Below are positions 1-12,936 of a stretch of 64,000 nucleotides of DNA, one piece after another. Source of the stretch: Blastocystis sp. Blastoise (taxonomy: Eukaryota; Protista; Bigyra: Opalinata); NCBI GenBank assembly GCA_039096225.1, contig JBBPEB010000034.1:558001-622000 (forward strand), read 5' to 3'. The notes under the pieces were generated by a model. It searched no databases. It was not told the origin of the DNA and worked only from the letters and a program-made list of their open reading frames with translations. How positions within the stretch are numbered: the first letter of the stretch is position 1; every line of letters starts with the position of its first letter. A program made the position numbers and the translations under genes.

Positions 1-32
1 TTCATACTTATATTATTAAATACTATCTATAG

Positions 33-717
33 TTCTTATAACAGTATTCTACATGAATATTCCCGCGATTATACGTTTGTTTCTATTCCTGACGCTTTAT
101 CTAATTTGTATCCTTCTCTCACTACAAACTTTAAACATACAAGTATACATTTATATATTATACTTATTATTATTCTATTTATTACTATTATATTTATTAT
201 AATCTTATTATAATCTTATTATTATGCTAATTATTATACTTAATATTTTTATAAACAATAAACATTATTCTTTTCCTATAGATCAAGTGATGCGTGGATA
301 TATATATAAGTATATACATATGTCTCGAGAGGATATATATCAAACATTATATCATTTCAAACAATATAATGTACCTATTAAAGCACTTCTAGATACAAAA
401 CTATATAGAACATTCATTATACGTTGGAATATATTAATGTATATATACGATGATATTTCTTCCTCTTTTTCTCTTCAAAATTATAATCGAACATTGTTTT
501 ATACGCATGTAGGTATGTTATTCTTATCATAATTATATATATATATAATAATCAATAGAATGATAATAAATATATTCATAATAATAATAATATATAATAC
601 AAAGGATAAATATAAATAATATAAACCAAATATATATAGCTGTAGAAGAAGCCTATAATCTTCATTTAATGATACATACCGGTACATATAAACTACAACC
701 ATCTCTTATTTGTACTA

Positions 718-750
<33 letters not shown>

Positions 751-1028
751 TTCTATTTAAATTCTACTTAGAAACTATACTAAATAACTATATATCTCTA
801 AATATATACTTATATATAGGATCATTTTCCAATTCGTCAAATATTTTATGTCCTTATTTTTTCATTAATTCTCTCCTTATTCTTTATTGGGTATATATTT
901 TACTATTCTATTTCAATTGAGTTATTATCATACATAGAATGTATTATTTGATTCCATCTGGATCGGACGTTATTGGCGGTTATGATCAAATTGTGTCGTC
1001 TATTCCTACAAAGAAACATCATGACTAA
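33..1028 (+). CDS. 3' part of a multi-exon gene for a membrane protein of unknown function (begins upstream of the window)
   Basis: Several GT-AG-bounded exons encode hydrophobic stretches (IIRLFLFLTLYLICILL; IFYVLIFSLILSLFFIG). The last exon reads ...DQIVSSIPTKKHHD* (TAA 1026-1028). Phasing was not fully verified. Confidence 0.5.
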
Positions 1029-1420
1029 TCTAATTACGTATAATAATATATAATATACTCATCTATTATTTGAATCGAAACAAATCCTTACTCTTGACTT
1101 TAAATATGGAATTCTGCTTTCAATTCATTCTTTATCTATTTATTGTAATATTTTCTTCTTTTTCTTTTTTCAAAAACATTTTTTATTCATTATTTATACT
1201 GTTATTTTTCGTTGTATTCGTTCCATTTTCCCATTGTTATGTTATATCGTCTTTCTTCGTTACTTTTTGTGTTAAATAAGACATTTCAATATTATTTCAG
1301 CAACTTAAACTCGTTTTACTCTTTTATTCTATGAGTTATATCACAAATTCGAAAACTGAATTGTGCTGAAAATCATGTTTTCTTTTCATAAACAAAATTT
1401 TTTTTTCATCCTTTTAAGTA

Positions 1421-2273
1421 ATGACAAAGCTTATTATCTATCGTTGTCAATCCTGACAAACAAACGGATACTTCGAAGAACTTGTGTATTCTCTTGGCCT
1501 TAGAATACCTTCTTTAGATCAGAGTATCCAACTTAAAGACTATCCTATATCTAAACCAAAGATTATCTTACGTAACTTGATGTACGTCGTTTATTTTGTT
1601 GCTATCGTGTATATTGCTGCGTTACAACAACGTACAACAAGTGTATTCCTTGATGATAGTACATTCCTTTCTATAAAGCAATTTGTTTTATTATATCGAA
1701 CTTATTTTTTTATCTTCGCTTATGTTATGCTGCAACTAGCTCAGATGACTAGCAGTACGAATGCATGCAGAATAACTTATGGTGGTATGTTCTAACAAAA
1801 ATAATTGGTTTTTTATATATATCTATTCTTTTTTACTATTATTTATATAGATGAAGAAATTTATAATAAATCGAGTGATGAAGATTATCCTGAAGTTGAA
1901 GTATATATATATATATTGTAAAAAAAATTTTGAATCCATTTATATATATATATATAAAGAACTATTATGATGAGTTATAAATAATATGTCTTATTTTATG
2001 TAGATATTAAGTAAAGAGCTTATAGAAAAAATTCAACACATTACTCCAACAATTGGAGTTCATACTATATCTGAAAATAATAATTTTAAAGATATACTCA
2101 AAAATGTGAATGAATCAATAAAAGAAGACAAACAGGAGCATAAAGATATTAGTAGTGCAGAGAATAATAATAATATTAATAATAATACTAAAGAAGAAGA
2201 AGAAGAAGAAGAAAAGAGAGATAAAAATGAGTCGTATCCTATTCAATCTTTAGAAGAAAAGAAGAATAATTAA
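1421..2273 (+). CDS. SELENOT: Selenoprotein T-like (Rdx family) protein, 3 exons (1421-1784, 1851-1900, 2004-2273), 227 aa with UGA=Sec at 1454-1456
   Basis: MTKLIIYRCQS-UGA-QTNGYFEEL gives a CxxU motif in frame with ORF 1484-1795. It is followed by the SelT-like layout DYP...hydrophobic segments...STNACRITYGDEEIYNK...YP. A SECIS-like hairpin lies downstream. Confidence 0.85.
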
Positions 2274-2510
2274 ATATGTATATATATATTATATTATTTT
2301 CTAAATATATATATATTTATGTATAAACAAGTTTCTGTATTTACTTTCTTCACTATTTTTCTATATATTTATATTTCAATATGTTCTTTATTCTTATTTA
2401 TTATAGTTCTTAAACAAAATCAATTAGAATAATTATAAAAAGATGATTATATAGAATAGTTTAGGTTGTAAAAATATATGAATAATAATCGTAATGAAAA
2501 CATTTATAAA

Positions 2511-2576
2511 TAAATGTTGATTGATGATTCTTTGTTATGAAATATCGTTGTATAGATAATAAAGAGGAATATTTTC
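2511..2576 (+). promoter_or_regulatory. SECIS element (type 2-like) in the 3' UTR of the SelT-like gene
   Basis: ATGA at 2524-2527; 11-bp stem 2528-2538 (TTCTTTGTTAT) pairs with 2556-2566 (ATAATAAAGAG) including wobble pairs; AAA at 2540-2542 followed by a mini-stem; GA at 2567-2568. Confidence 0.75.
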
Positions 2577-3021
2577 TATTATTATTCATATATTCATATG
2601 TTTTATATATTTCTTTGAAAAGGCCAAACAAAAACATATCTTCCTTTTTTATTTGTATTGTCATTTTTCCTTAATTCCTTATTGATATAATGTTATTAAA
2701 GAATTGTTTTGTTTTGTTTATTATTATATAGAATAACAACAGTAGCTGATAACAAAACTAATTATTAGAATTGTAAAATATAAAAAAAATATATATATAT
2801 ATATAATACAAAGAATTAAAAAATATATATATTATTATAGAAAAAATGATATACCAAAAATGAATAAATTAAATAGATGTAAGAAGAATAATGTGTGAAA
2901 CCACTGTAAGCCTTATATGTAACTTATTATACTGAAAAGTTATCATTATTCAAGATATCCATTGTTTATATTTATTTGTTAATAGCATGACATTTTATAC
3001 TATTTACAAGTTATATATATA

Positions 3022-4374
3022 CTAATGATGAGAATGTCTATGTTTTGAGTGATGAGAATGATGTGGTTTTCCTGATGAAAAAGTTGTTGATTTCTTTATG
3101 CTTTTTGGAATATTCTTTTTATTTTCTTTCTTTCTATTCTCTTTGTTCTTATTTTTATTTTCTCTCTTTTTATTTTTATTTTCTCTCTTTTTATCATGTT
3201 TTGTTTGTTTTGATGACTTGCGATGTTTCTTATGACTCTTCTTCTTCTTCTTCATTTTCTTTGATATATTATTTTCTTTGTTAGTATTTGATGGTGTTTC
3301 ATTCTCCGTATTCCTTATGGTATCATCATTCATAGTGTCTATAGATTCGCCATTAATCTCTATTGTCTGACTATATTGATTGGATGTTGCTGCTATAGGA
3401 GATCTTCCATTGTTTCCATAAAATATTAAATCAGATAATATAGATAACCAACTCTTATTCTTTTTATTATCATCATCATTATCATCATCATATTCTTCTT
3501 CTTCTTTTAGTTGATCCATACTATTTTGTTTTTCTTCCATATTGATATTTCTAATAGATTCTTCTTTATCTTTATCTATATTCTTCTTCTTCTCATAAAC
3601 TATATCATTATTAACATATACTGTAGAATCTTCGGGAGTATTATTCTTCATATGCTCACGAAGTGTTTTTTCACTATATATTGAAGATCCATCTTGATTC
3701 ATAGAGTTCATTATATTTTCAGAAGAAATTCGACCATATTGTTTTTCATAATATTTTAAAAATATAGATTTTAGAGATTGCTTATATAATGAATAATATT
3801 CATCATAATATTTACCAAAAATAGTAAGAGACAATACTTCTTCTATAGAATGAAGAGAATCCTTATAAATAGTACTCCATTGATCTTCTTTTGAATCTCT
3901 TCTTAACAATTCACATGTCTTATCATAAGAATGATAAGTTCCAGTATTCTTATTTGATTGCATTGATTGTTCCATCAGACTCTTTCTTGCATTATATATG
4001 ACATAAATCTCATCAGAAGCTTCCATCACATTACAAAGTACAATACATCGATTTCTATTTGCTACTGACAATTTAGTTAAAGGAGTATACGAGAGAGTCT
4101 GAATAATCTCATTTTTTGCTTTATTCTGAATAACTATTAATTCTTTAGAAATTGCATATTGATTCAAATATTCATTAATATATGCTCGCTCCATGATAGC
4201 ATAAACGATAAATGCTATTTGACTCAAAAAGAGCATAAATGACAAAATTGAATTTGATGGTCTATCATCGGCAGGCTGTACGATAGCATTAGATTCAGCA
4301 TTAAAATCCTCATTTTCGTTATAATCTTCTGAACTATCAGCGAGATACTCATAATCCGAATCTACTTCTTCCAT
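3022..4374 (-). CDS. Hypothetical 450-aa protein: acidic N-terminus, one TM segment, Lys/His-rich C-terminal tail
   Basis: Long intronless ORF with ATG and stop; TM-like ILSFMLFLSQIAFIVYAIM; ends ...HHSHHSKHRHSHH*. Confidence 0.8.
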   Translation of the reverse strand: MEEVDSDYEYLADSSEDYNENEDFNAESNAIVQPADDRPSNSILSFMLFLSQIAFIVYAIMERAYINEYLNQYAISKELIVIQNKAKNEIIQTLSYTPLTKLSVANRNRCIVLCNVMEASDEIYVIYNARKSLMEQSMQSNKNTGTYHSYDKTCELLRRDSKEDQWSTIYKDSLHSIEEVLSLTIFGKYYDEYYSLYKQSLKSIFLKYYEKQYGRISSENIMNSMNQDGSSIYSEKTLREHMKNNTPEDSTVYVNNDIVYEKKKNIDKDKEESIRNINMEEKQNSMDQLKEEEEYDDDNDDDNKKNKSWLSILSDLIFYGNNGRSPIAATSNQYSQTIEINGESIDTMNDDTIRNTENETPSNTNKENNISKKMKKKKKSHKKHRKSSKQTKHDKKRENKNKKRENKNKNKENRKKENKKNIPKSIKKSTTFSSGKPHHSHHSKHRHSHH

Positions 4375-5268
4375 GTGTTTTTATTTATTTGGAAAGATAT
4401 TACTTGTCTAGAATACTCATTAATGTCAAATATATATAAGCATACTGAGTTGAACAAACTACAAGGTATTTATTATCAGAAATAAAAATTTTCTTCAGTT
4501 TTTCAAAAAAAAAAATGTTTTTCGTTTTCCTTTCATTTATCTGATATATTTAATATTGCTCTCATATATATTAGGATATGTCTTTTTGATATTCAATTTG
4601 TTAAGACTACATTAAAACAATGTCATTTCATTTCACTTATGTTAATTTATATTATTTTCTATTGTAAAAGCGATTCTCAGAGTGTTAAATCGTTTATTAA
4701 GCATTAATAGCTAAACTCCTAGAATTCATGAAAATAATCAGTAAAAAAGAACATATAACTTGAAGTCAGTTTATAAAATACATCATAAGTAGTACATAAA
4801 ATCATAGTGATATGATATAGAATCACTAACAAAAGAATACATACTCTGTCAAAAATATGATAGAATTTTTCTGATGAAGAAATAACTCTGATTATATAAT
4901 GTATTTCTGAGTATATTCTAGAATATTCATGAAAACATAAACTGGATGAAGGAAAAAGAAACACAAACACAATAAAAACGTCTTCTTTTGTATAGAATTT
5001 GATTGGTTGAACGAAATCAATTGAATCATATGAGACACACATCCATTGGATGACCATAATGTGCGGTTATTTTTGTTTTTTTATCACAAACTGAGTCATT
5101 TTTTTGTTTTTTTTTCAATAGAAGCTGTTGTATTTTTTTTCCTTGTAAACCTGTCTCAGGATTTCATTTTGTCGAATATATTTTTATTTTGAGTCTATTT
5201 ACTGTCTTCTATAAATAAAAAGTTTTACTACAGAATTCACGAGATAATTGAAAAATCACATTACAAAT

Positions 5269-5934
5269 ATGATAAATAAGCCTTTGAACTCTGTGAATGA
5301 TGATCAAGTTATATCTTATAAGACATCTCCTTCAAATTCTTTCAGTAAATGTGAATGGACTATTTATCCGGATGGTAGATATCAAGGATTCTTAAGAGAT
5401 AATAAAAAAGAAGGAAAAGGTCAATATTTATATTCTAATGGTGACCTCTATGAAGGACTATTTCATAAAGATATGCGCCAAGGATTTGGTATAGCTCGGT
5501 ATACTAATGGAGATAAGTATGAAGGGCAATGGAAGAATAATCAGTTTAGTGGTTCCGGTATATATTCTTATAGTAATGGCCAGACTTATGAAGGTCAGTT
5601 TCGATATGGATTTATGAATGGTTTTGGAGTCTACCATTGGCCTAATGGAGATAAATATATTGGTTTCTTTAAGAATGATAAAAGACATGGTTATGGTGTT
5701 TTTTATGATAAAATTGGTTGCATATATGATGGTTATTGGAAATACGATAAGAGAAGTGGTCGAGGAACAATTATGTTTCCTGATGGTTCTTATTACAAAG
5801 GTCATTGGCATAATGATAAATGGCATGGATTTGGTGTATATCTTAATAAAGATGGATTAATTACTCCTGGAAGATGGTGCGAACAAAGGATTATTACTAA
5901 ATGCTCTATTGCTAAATTATTTGCGGAATTCTAA
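5269..5934 (+). CDS. MORN-repeat protein
   Basis: About 7-8 repeats of YxGxF/WxxxxxxGxGxYxYxNG in a single exon; first ATG at 5269. Confidence 0.92.
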   Translation: MINKPLNSVNDDQVISYKTSPSNSFSKCEWTIYPDGRYQGFLRDNKKEGKGQYLYSNGDLYEGLFHKDMRQGFGIARYTNGDKYEGQWKNNQFSGSGIYSYSNGQTYEGQFRYGFMNGFGVYHWPNGDKYIGFFKNDKRHGYGVFYDKIGCIYDGYWKYDKRSGRGTIMFPDGSYYKGHWHNDKWHGFGVYLNKDGLITPGRWCEQRIITKCSIAKLFAEF

Positions 5935-6742
5935 TCTTTATTATCATTTAATATGTCTAGAAAAAGTTAATTGTATTTATGTGTTGAAGAATGATTATTT
6001 CGTTAACCATTAATTCTATTTTTCTTTCTAAATATTTGTTTTATTATTATTTGATTCTTTATATTTATTGTTTATATTGTTAAATAATCTATTCTCTATA
6101 TTATTGTACTACGAATAATTCCCTATATATTCTTTTGTTTGTAATCATAATAATATATATGTTCTTATGTGTTTTTTTTTAAATATATTGTTTTCATTTT
6201 ATTCATGCGCTAAATATATGTTGCTATAAATGTTTTTTTTGTTATCATGTCATATTTGCTGGTTTATTTCATTTTTTTCTTTTTTTGTCAGTCTCTATGT
6301 CTTCTTTTGTTCCATCCTTGATTCACAATCATTCTCTAAAGTATCGTTTCATATGAATGGTTTGTTTATATAGTTAAAAACTATTATTTTACACTCATTT
6401 CTATTTAATTACATTTTAAAGTATTTTGAACAATCATATGCTCACTAAATCGTTTTAATTCATTATATTCAAATCAATGAAGATAAATTTAATCATAATT
6501 AACTAATGCATACAAGCATCATTTAGACAATTCAATAAAAAAGTTGTTTAGTTAATGCTAAAAAGTATATGGATTTCAAAAAAATGATTATTTACTTGAC
6601 ATTCCATTTAAATGACAAGGAAAGTTCTATTTAAAAAGATAACACTGAAAAGAATTTCAGACACTACTGAAATTCAATGCTGGTTTTTAACCGTTTATTT
6701 GAGAAAATTGGTTTTTTAATTTATTTTATAGTATTAAGCAAT

Positions 6743-9700
6743 ATGTCACAAAAACGTTCTACTGGATCTCTCTATGATATGTTTCTCGACACATTTCATG
6801 TGAAAGAAGAATTAGAAAAAGTAGAACAAGAAAACAAAGAAGCTAAGAAAGTCAAGCCAGCAAAGAAAGTGAAGAAAGAACAACAAATTGAAGAAGAAGA
6901 AATAGAAGAATTTGATCCTAATCAACAATATATTTATGAAAAGGTAGAGAATCCTGAAGATGAGGTTTATGTGCCTAGTGATGAAGATGAAGAAATGATA
7001 GGATCTGAAAATGAGAATATAGACGATGATATGGCTCTTCTTGAAAATGATGAAGAAGATGAAGATGGTGTTATTGAGGATGATGAGAATATAGAAGAAG
7101 GTGAAGAAGAGAATGATGATGGAATTCGTAGTATGTTTTATTTTTCATAATACTCTTTTTATATATATGAAAAGAATCCATCTATGAATATAATTATAGT
7201 TCAGAATGGTGAGAATTATGATAATACAGAGACTAGTAAACAAAATCATGATTATTATGACACAATTGATGTTAATGATGAAAAAATCGCTTTAACTGAA
7301 CGTAAAGAAGAGGCTTTAGACGATTTAGATAACGAGGAAGACAAAGAAACTAAAGAAGATGAAGAAAATCTTAAAGATCCCTTTGTCAGAGAAATATATC
7401 AAGCGAAATTCTCTGTGAAACAACAAAAATATATAGATAAATATGAGTATATGAAGGGGTTTATTAATTTATTTTGTTTTTATTATTATTATGCTTTTAT
7501 TATTATGTTTATTATTTTATTATAATAATATAAAAATCTCTTAATATTTCGTATACCTTTATAAACTTCTATTTATATTGAATATCCTATAGTTGGTCTT
7601 ATTCAAAGTTGAATTTCGATGATTCGACTCAATCTCGTTACTGTATTCCTAGCATCTCGTCAAGTAATAAGAATGATACTATTACTGCTAAAAATAATTG
7701 GATTAAAAATAGTTTTATTAAAGTATATATATATATTATTCACTATTCTTATTCTTATTTTATTCTTAAAAAGTCTATTGCTTATATATATATATATATA
7801 ATTATTGTATATATATATAATTATTGTATATATAGGACAGATTGCAAAAACCATTAGAATCTGTATATAAATCGACTTCGAATCCAGAATTATTTAATAA
7901 ATTATTTTCTATAATAAATGATTATAATGATATTCTCTATGCTAATATGAATGATGAAGACAGAGATTGTGTCAGAAATAGTATTTCAGAACACATTCTG
8001 AATCACATACTTAAAGTATATATATATTATTATTCATATACTATTTATTATGATAATCATTTTCTGCATATATAATGTATATAAAATACTACATTTTTTT
8101 TGTTGTAGAATTCTTTTATCATTAGTATTTATCCTCTATAATATATCATGTATATAATTATAAGTTTATGATTATTTTTAAATATAGAGTCGTGATATCG
8201 AGATGCGTCACACTCGTAAAATTCACGAAAGAGCGTTAAAAGAACGTCAGCGTCATCGTGAATTAGAAGAGAAATATAGATTAGCTCAAGAGTCAGGTGA
8301 AGTCATAAAGAAGAAGAAGAGTAAGAAGAATAAAGATATTATAGTCGATGAAGATAATACTGTTGATGATATTAAGAAAGAAAATGATGTGATGAATAGT
8401 ATTCAGAAAGTAATTAAAGAAGAGAAGAAGAAGGAGAAATCAGGAATAAAAGAGGGAGAAACATTATTAGAAACTAATGAAGAACAAGAACAAGAATATC
8501 GTGATCAAGGATATACCAGACCCAAAGTATATTTATAATATTATATTTATATTATTATTAGGATTTTTGTTTATATATTTTTTATTTATATTTATTATTA
8601 TTATTGTTCTTCTTCTTCTTATTATTATTATTGAATAGGTATTAGTGATATGTCCCTTTAAGTATAATGCATATATGTTTGTAAATAGTCTCGTGAAACT
8701 ACTTCCAAAGGATGTGACTATAGAGGGAATAAAACGATTTAAACAGGAATACGAGGGAGATAATGATGAAAATAGTAGTATTTATATATATTTAGTTATA
8801 ATTTTATATTATTATTATGATTATAAATTGATTAATTATGGAATAAAGTATAATAATATTTATTATTATTATATATTATATATAGAGCAAAATGCATTAA
8901 CTAAAGCATTTCCTGGTAATAATGAAGGTATATATATATATATATATACTATTAACAATTATAACAATTCTATATATATATAGATTGTTTTAGATTTGGT
9001 ATGGCATTCAAACGAAAAACTGTCTCCATTTTTAAAGATTTCTACAATAGTGATATGATTGTCGCCAGTCCCGTGGGAATTCGTCAAATTATAGGGGAAT
9101 CTGGTGAGAAGAATCGTAATTTTGATTTTTTAAGTAGTATTGAGATATTATATATTGAGAATGCTGATATAATTGATTATCAAAATTGGAGTCACATGAT
9201 TACTATATGTAAAACGATGAATAGAACATTAAGAAAAAGTAGAGAAACTGATTTTTCTCGTGTAAAAGAATATGTTTTAGATGGATATAGTGAATATATG
9301 CGCCAAACGATTATTACAAGTCGATATATTGAACCCAAAATGAAATCACTGATGAACTTACAATCTCATAATTATAGGGTATGCTGATTATAATTATTAT
9401 TATCATATATATATATATATAATAACCGTGATTATTTAGGGTAAATATGAAATTCGAGGACGATATGAAGGAAGTGTATCTTATGTTTATGTATATATAT
9501 ATATATAGAATTAGTATTATGAATATTAATATATAAATATATTTTCACCTTCTGTATTCTGAATATATATAAATATATATATTGATTTTAGTCTCAAAAT
9601 CGTCAATTATTTGTTCGTCTCCCCGCGGTTAATTTATTAGATATTAATAATAGTCGAATGACTTATTTTAAAGACCATATTCTTCCATTCATTCAAAAGA

Positions 9701-9872
9701 AAGAAAATAAAGGTATATATACATGATTATTATATATTATTATTCTATTTATTATTATTTGTTATGCTTTCTAGGTATATTATTATATGTTGAAGAATAT
9801 TTGGATTATGTATCTATACGTAATCTAATGATGGAAGAAATTGATGAAGAAGAAGTAGCTGTTCTTAATGAG

Positions 9873-9903
<31 letters not shown>

Positions 9904-10462
9904 ATTATTATTTTAATTATAATATATATATAGATATCTTCCAAAGAGTGAATGTCAACGTTCGTTAACATATTTTAAAAACGGAATTGTACGAATACTT
10001 CTTTACAGTGGTCGTTATCATTATTTCCGTCGTCAAAACCCTCAGGGTGTTCAAACCGTGTTTTTTATCGGTTTACCAAGAGAAGCATCCTTGTATATAC
10101 ATATAACTATATATATAACTATATATAACTATATATATAACTATATATAACTATATATATAACTATATATAACTATATATATTACTATATATATAACTAT
10201 ATATAACTAACTATATATATATAGTTATCAGGATATAATTAATACGATGCCTCCTTCTCCTCTTTCTATCTCTGCTACTACTCTATATACCAACTATGAA
10301 GGAAACGAAGTATATATATATATATACATTATTATTATTATCCATTATTTTTTCATTTATTTTCTTTAAAATATTATATATATATAGTTGGAACGTATTG
10401 TGGGTACAGATCGATATAAAACGATGATTAAAGGAAAACGTAGCTCTTTTATATTCTGTTAA
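6743..10462 (+). CDS. UTP25: U3 snoRNA-associated protein 25 (UTP25/DIEXF), multi-exon
   Basis: Conserved motifs YRDQGYTRPKVL, DCFRFG, DFYNSDMIVASPVG, DFLSSIE, QNWSH, RETDFSRVKE, LLYSGRYHYFRR, LERIVGT; ends SSFIFC*. Confidence 0.93.
10094..10223 (+). repeat. Intronic ~12-bp minisatellite (TATATATAACTA)n in UTP25
   Basis: About 9 tandem copies of a tatatataacta-like unit between GT and AG. Confidence 0.8.
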
Positions 10463-10699
10463 ATATATTTATCATTTTTCTTTATTATTTTATATACATT
10501 GTTTTACTAAATGTTGTTATTATATGTTTATATACATATATTTGTTTGTTTTATTCATATATATACTATTATAGAACAAATCCTAAAGAATAATATACTT
10601 AAACAAAAAATAAAAGACATATTCTTATTGAACTCAAATATAATACTACACATTGAAAATTAATTAAATTCTATTAATATAAATAATATATATATATAA

Positions 10700-12419
10700 T
10701 TAATGAAAAGAATGTAATTGAAGCTGAAGCTGATTAAGTTCATTATTTAAATAACTAATAACTATATAAATAACAGATAATAAAGTTTAATATGAATTGT
10801 ATTTATTATATATATATATATATACTTTGTTCATTACCCAAATCTTTATCTTTTAATGTTTTCACTTGTGATTTATAATTATCAATTGATAATTTTAATT
10901 GACTATTTTCACGTTGACAAGAATTATATTGTGATTCAATTGAACTTTTCTATATAGATAAATAAACAAAATAAAAACAAAAGAAATAAAGTTTATATAT
11001 ATATATACATCAGTTTCTAATTCATTTATTTGCTGTTTACATTGATTTATTTCATTCTGAAGAGAATTATAAGCAGAAGTTAAATTTGTAAATTGTTGAG
11101 TTGTAGAGTTGAGATTTTGTTCACTAGTTGACATTTTTGAATTAATATCTGTTATTTGATTATTTAATTGTGTTATTTGACCCTTCAATTGTGTTTCTAT
11201 ATCTTTTTGGCTTTCGATTTGTTTTTTTAAGTCATTCTATATATATATATAATAAATACAAATAAAGACTAAAATATATATATTACTATTTGATCGATAT
11301 AGGTCTGTTTTTCTGTTCTGTAACTTTTAATTCCATTGACGTCATTAGCAATAGAATCTTCTAAATCATTTCTATATATATATATATATATATATAATTA
11401 TTATTATTATTCAATAAAAGAAAACATTACAAAAACTACATAATAGATCACTTTTACAAATACATATAATGAATAATCACCATACATTTTCTTTTCTTTT
11501 TCATCAATAGTTGTTTTCAATTGATTTATTTCATCCATTTTCTCATTCAACTGTTTGCTGAATGCATCTGACGCAGACTGAATATCTTTTTCACTTTTTT
11601 CTTTTAATTCGAATAATTCATCTTTTATTTCTTTAATTTGCTTGTCTTTTTCTTTTGTAATTGATTCTTTTTGTTCATTTATCATAATATTTAAATTTGA
11701 ATATTTCTCTGATAATTCATTTATTTTCTTTTTTAATATATCAATTTGATTATAATACTCAGTGATCTTTATATATATAGTATAATCATTCTTCATAGAA
11801 TTATGTTTATATTATACATATATATATATATACCACTGAGTCTTTTTGTTTAATAAGATAGTCCATAAAAGCGCGGTATTGCTCAATTGTTGGAACAGTA
11901 AATGATAACGTTAACAGAGGAAGTATTTGAAATTGAGATATTTGATTAATACAAAACGTATAGCTACTATCCTTATTCTCCACTAGGCTCATAGCAAATC
12001 TTGAATGAAATGTATATTTAAAATACATATAGTAAATACTTTATAACAGAAAAAATGGAATTTGGAATTGAAATAGGACTCATAGTAGTTACCGACTGAA
12101 TTAAGTTTATAAATAGATTCGGAAATGCATCTAAATCACAATCTATGTGCTGTTTTTCTTTAAATAACGAATAGGACTCAGTATCAAGTTGACTACATAA
12201 AAGAATCAGCTTGTTTTCACTATCAATTAACTCAAAATGGATATATTCACCGTTCTGTTGATCCTTATATAAAAATTAATATGATTATTCGCCAATACAT
12301 ACATAAAGATTGTAGAACATATTTAATACATATTCTTTCGAAGACGTATCATCACAAACTACAGTTATCCGTTGTGAAAATACCTTCTGTTCTTTCCTTG
12401 AATCAACTTTTATGGACAT
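10700..12419 (-). CDS. SASS6: SAS-6-like centriole cartwheel protein (head domain plus coiled coil), multi-exon
   Basis: Spliced N-terminus HFELIDSENKLILLCSQLDTESYSLFKEKQHIDCDLDAFPNLFINLI...INQISQFQILPLLTLSF matches the SAS-6 head pattern (ELTD..F..LK..Q.L..DF..FP..LI.LL). A long coiled coil follows, ending NEQIISYLNNELNQ (cf. NE.VI.WLNKQLN). Confidence 0.78.
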
Positions 12420-12576
12420 AACCAAAACTGAAAAATTTTGGGACAATTTAAGATTTCTATTCTTTATTAGAATTTAAATATCAGATATTCTTTATTTCTT
12501 CAATAAAGTGTATGCTAACGATATCTGGCAATAATTTTATACTCATTTATTAACATATATAGAAAAACAGAAACAA

Positions 12577-12747
12577 ATGAATGATGAAAAGGTGAAAGCG
12601 TTAAACTCATTATATGAGATCTCACAATTATTAGAAACTGGATTAGATAAGGAAACAATAGGAATTATCACAGAATTATGTGAACTTGGTGTTAATCCAT
12701 CTTCACTTGCTTTAGTTATTAAAAATTTAAAGTCTCAACAAAAGTAA
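12577..12747 (+). CDS. MZT1: MOZART1/MZT1 (GIP), gamma-tubulin ring complex component, 56 aa
   Basis: MNDEKVKALNSLYEISQLLETGLDKETIGIITELCELGVNPSSLALVIKNLKSQQK* matches the MZT1 signature LYEIS.LL.TGLD.ET......LCE.GVNP..LA.VIK.L. Not in the ORF track (too short). Confidence 0.92.
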   Translation: MNDEKVKALNSLYEISQLLETGLDKETIGIITELCELGVNPSSLALVIKNLKSQQK

Positions 12748-12936
12748 CTTTCTTTTCTATCTGTGTACATGTAAATATAGCTTTTATTAAATCAAAAAAA
12801 AAAAAATTAAAAATGATTTGTTTAGTTTTATATATATTAATGAATAAAATAACATAACAAGTAATTTATCTTTTTCACGGTGAAAACTTTTAATATTTTC
12901 ATATTTAATAAGTTATATCAAATAGGATAAATATAT

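Noticed and set aside
2484-2529. Alternative SECIS (ATGA 2494 ... GA 2519)
   Set aside because: The upper stem is only ~8 bp with a bulge. The overlapping 2524-2568 hairpin fits the consensus much better.
4719-5860. ORFs 4719-5057, 5458-5826 and 5618-5860
   Set aside because: The last two are shadow frames of the MORN gene; the first has no recognisable motif or splice support.
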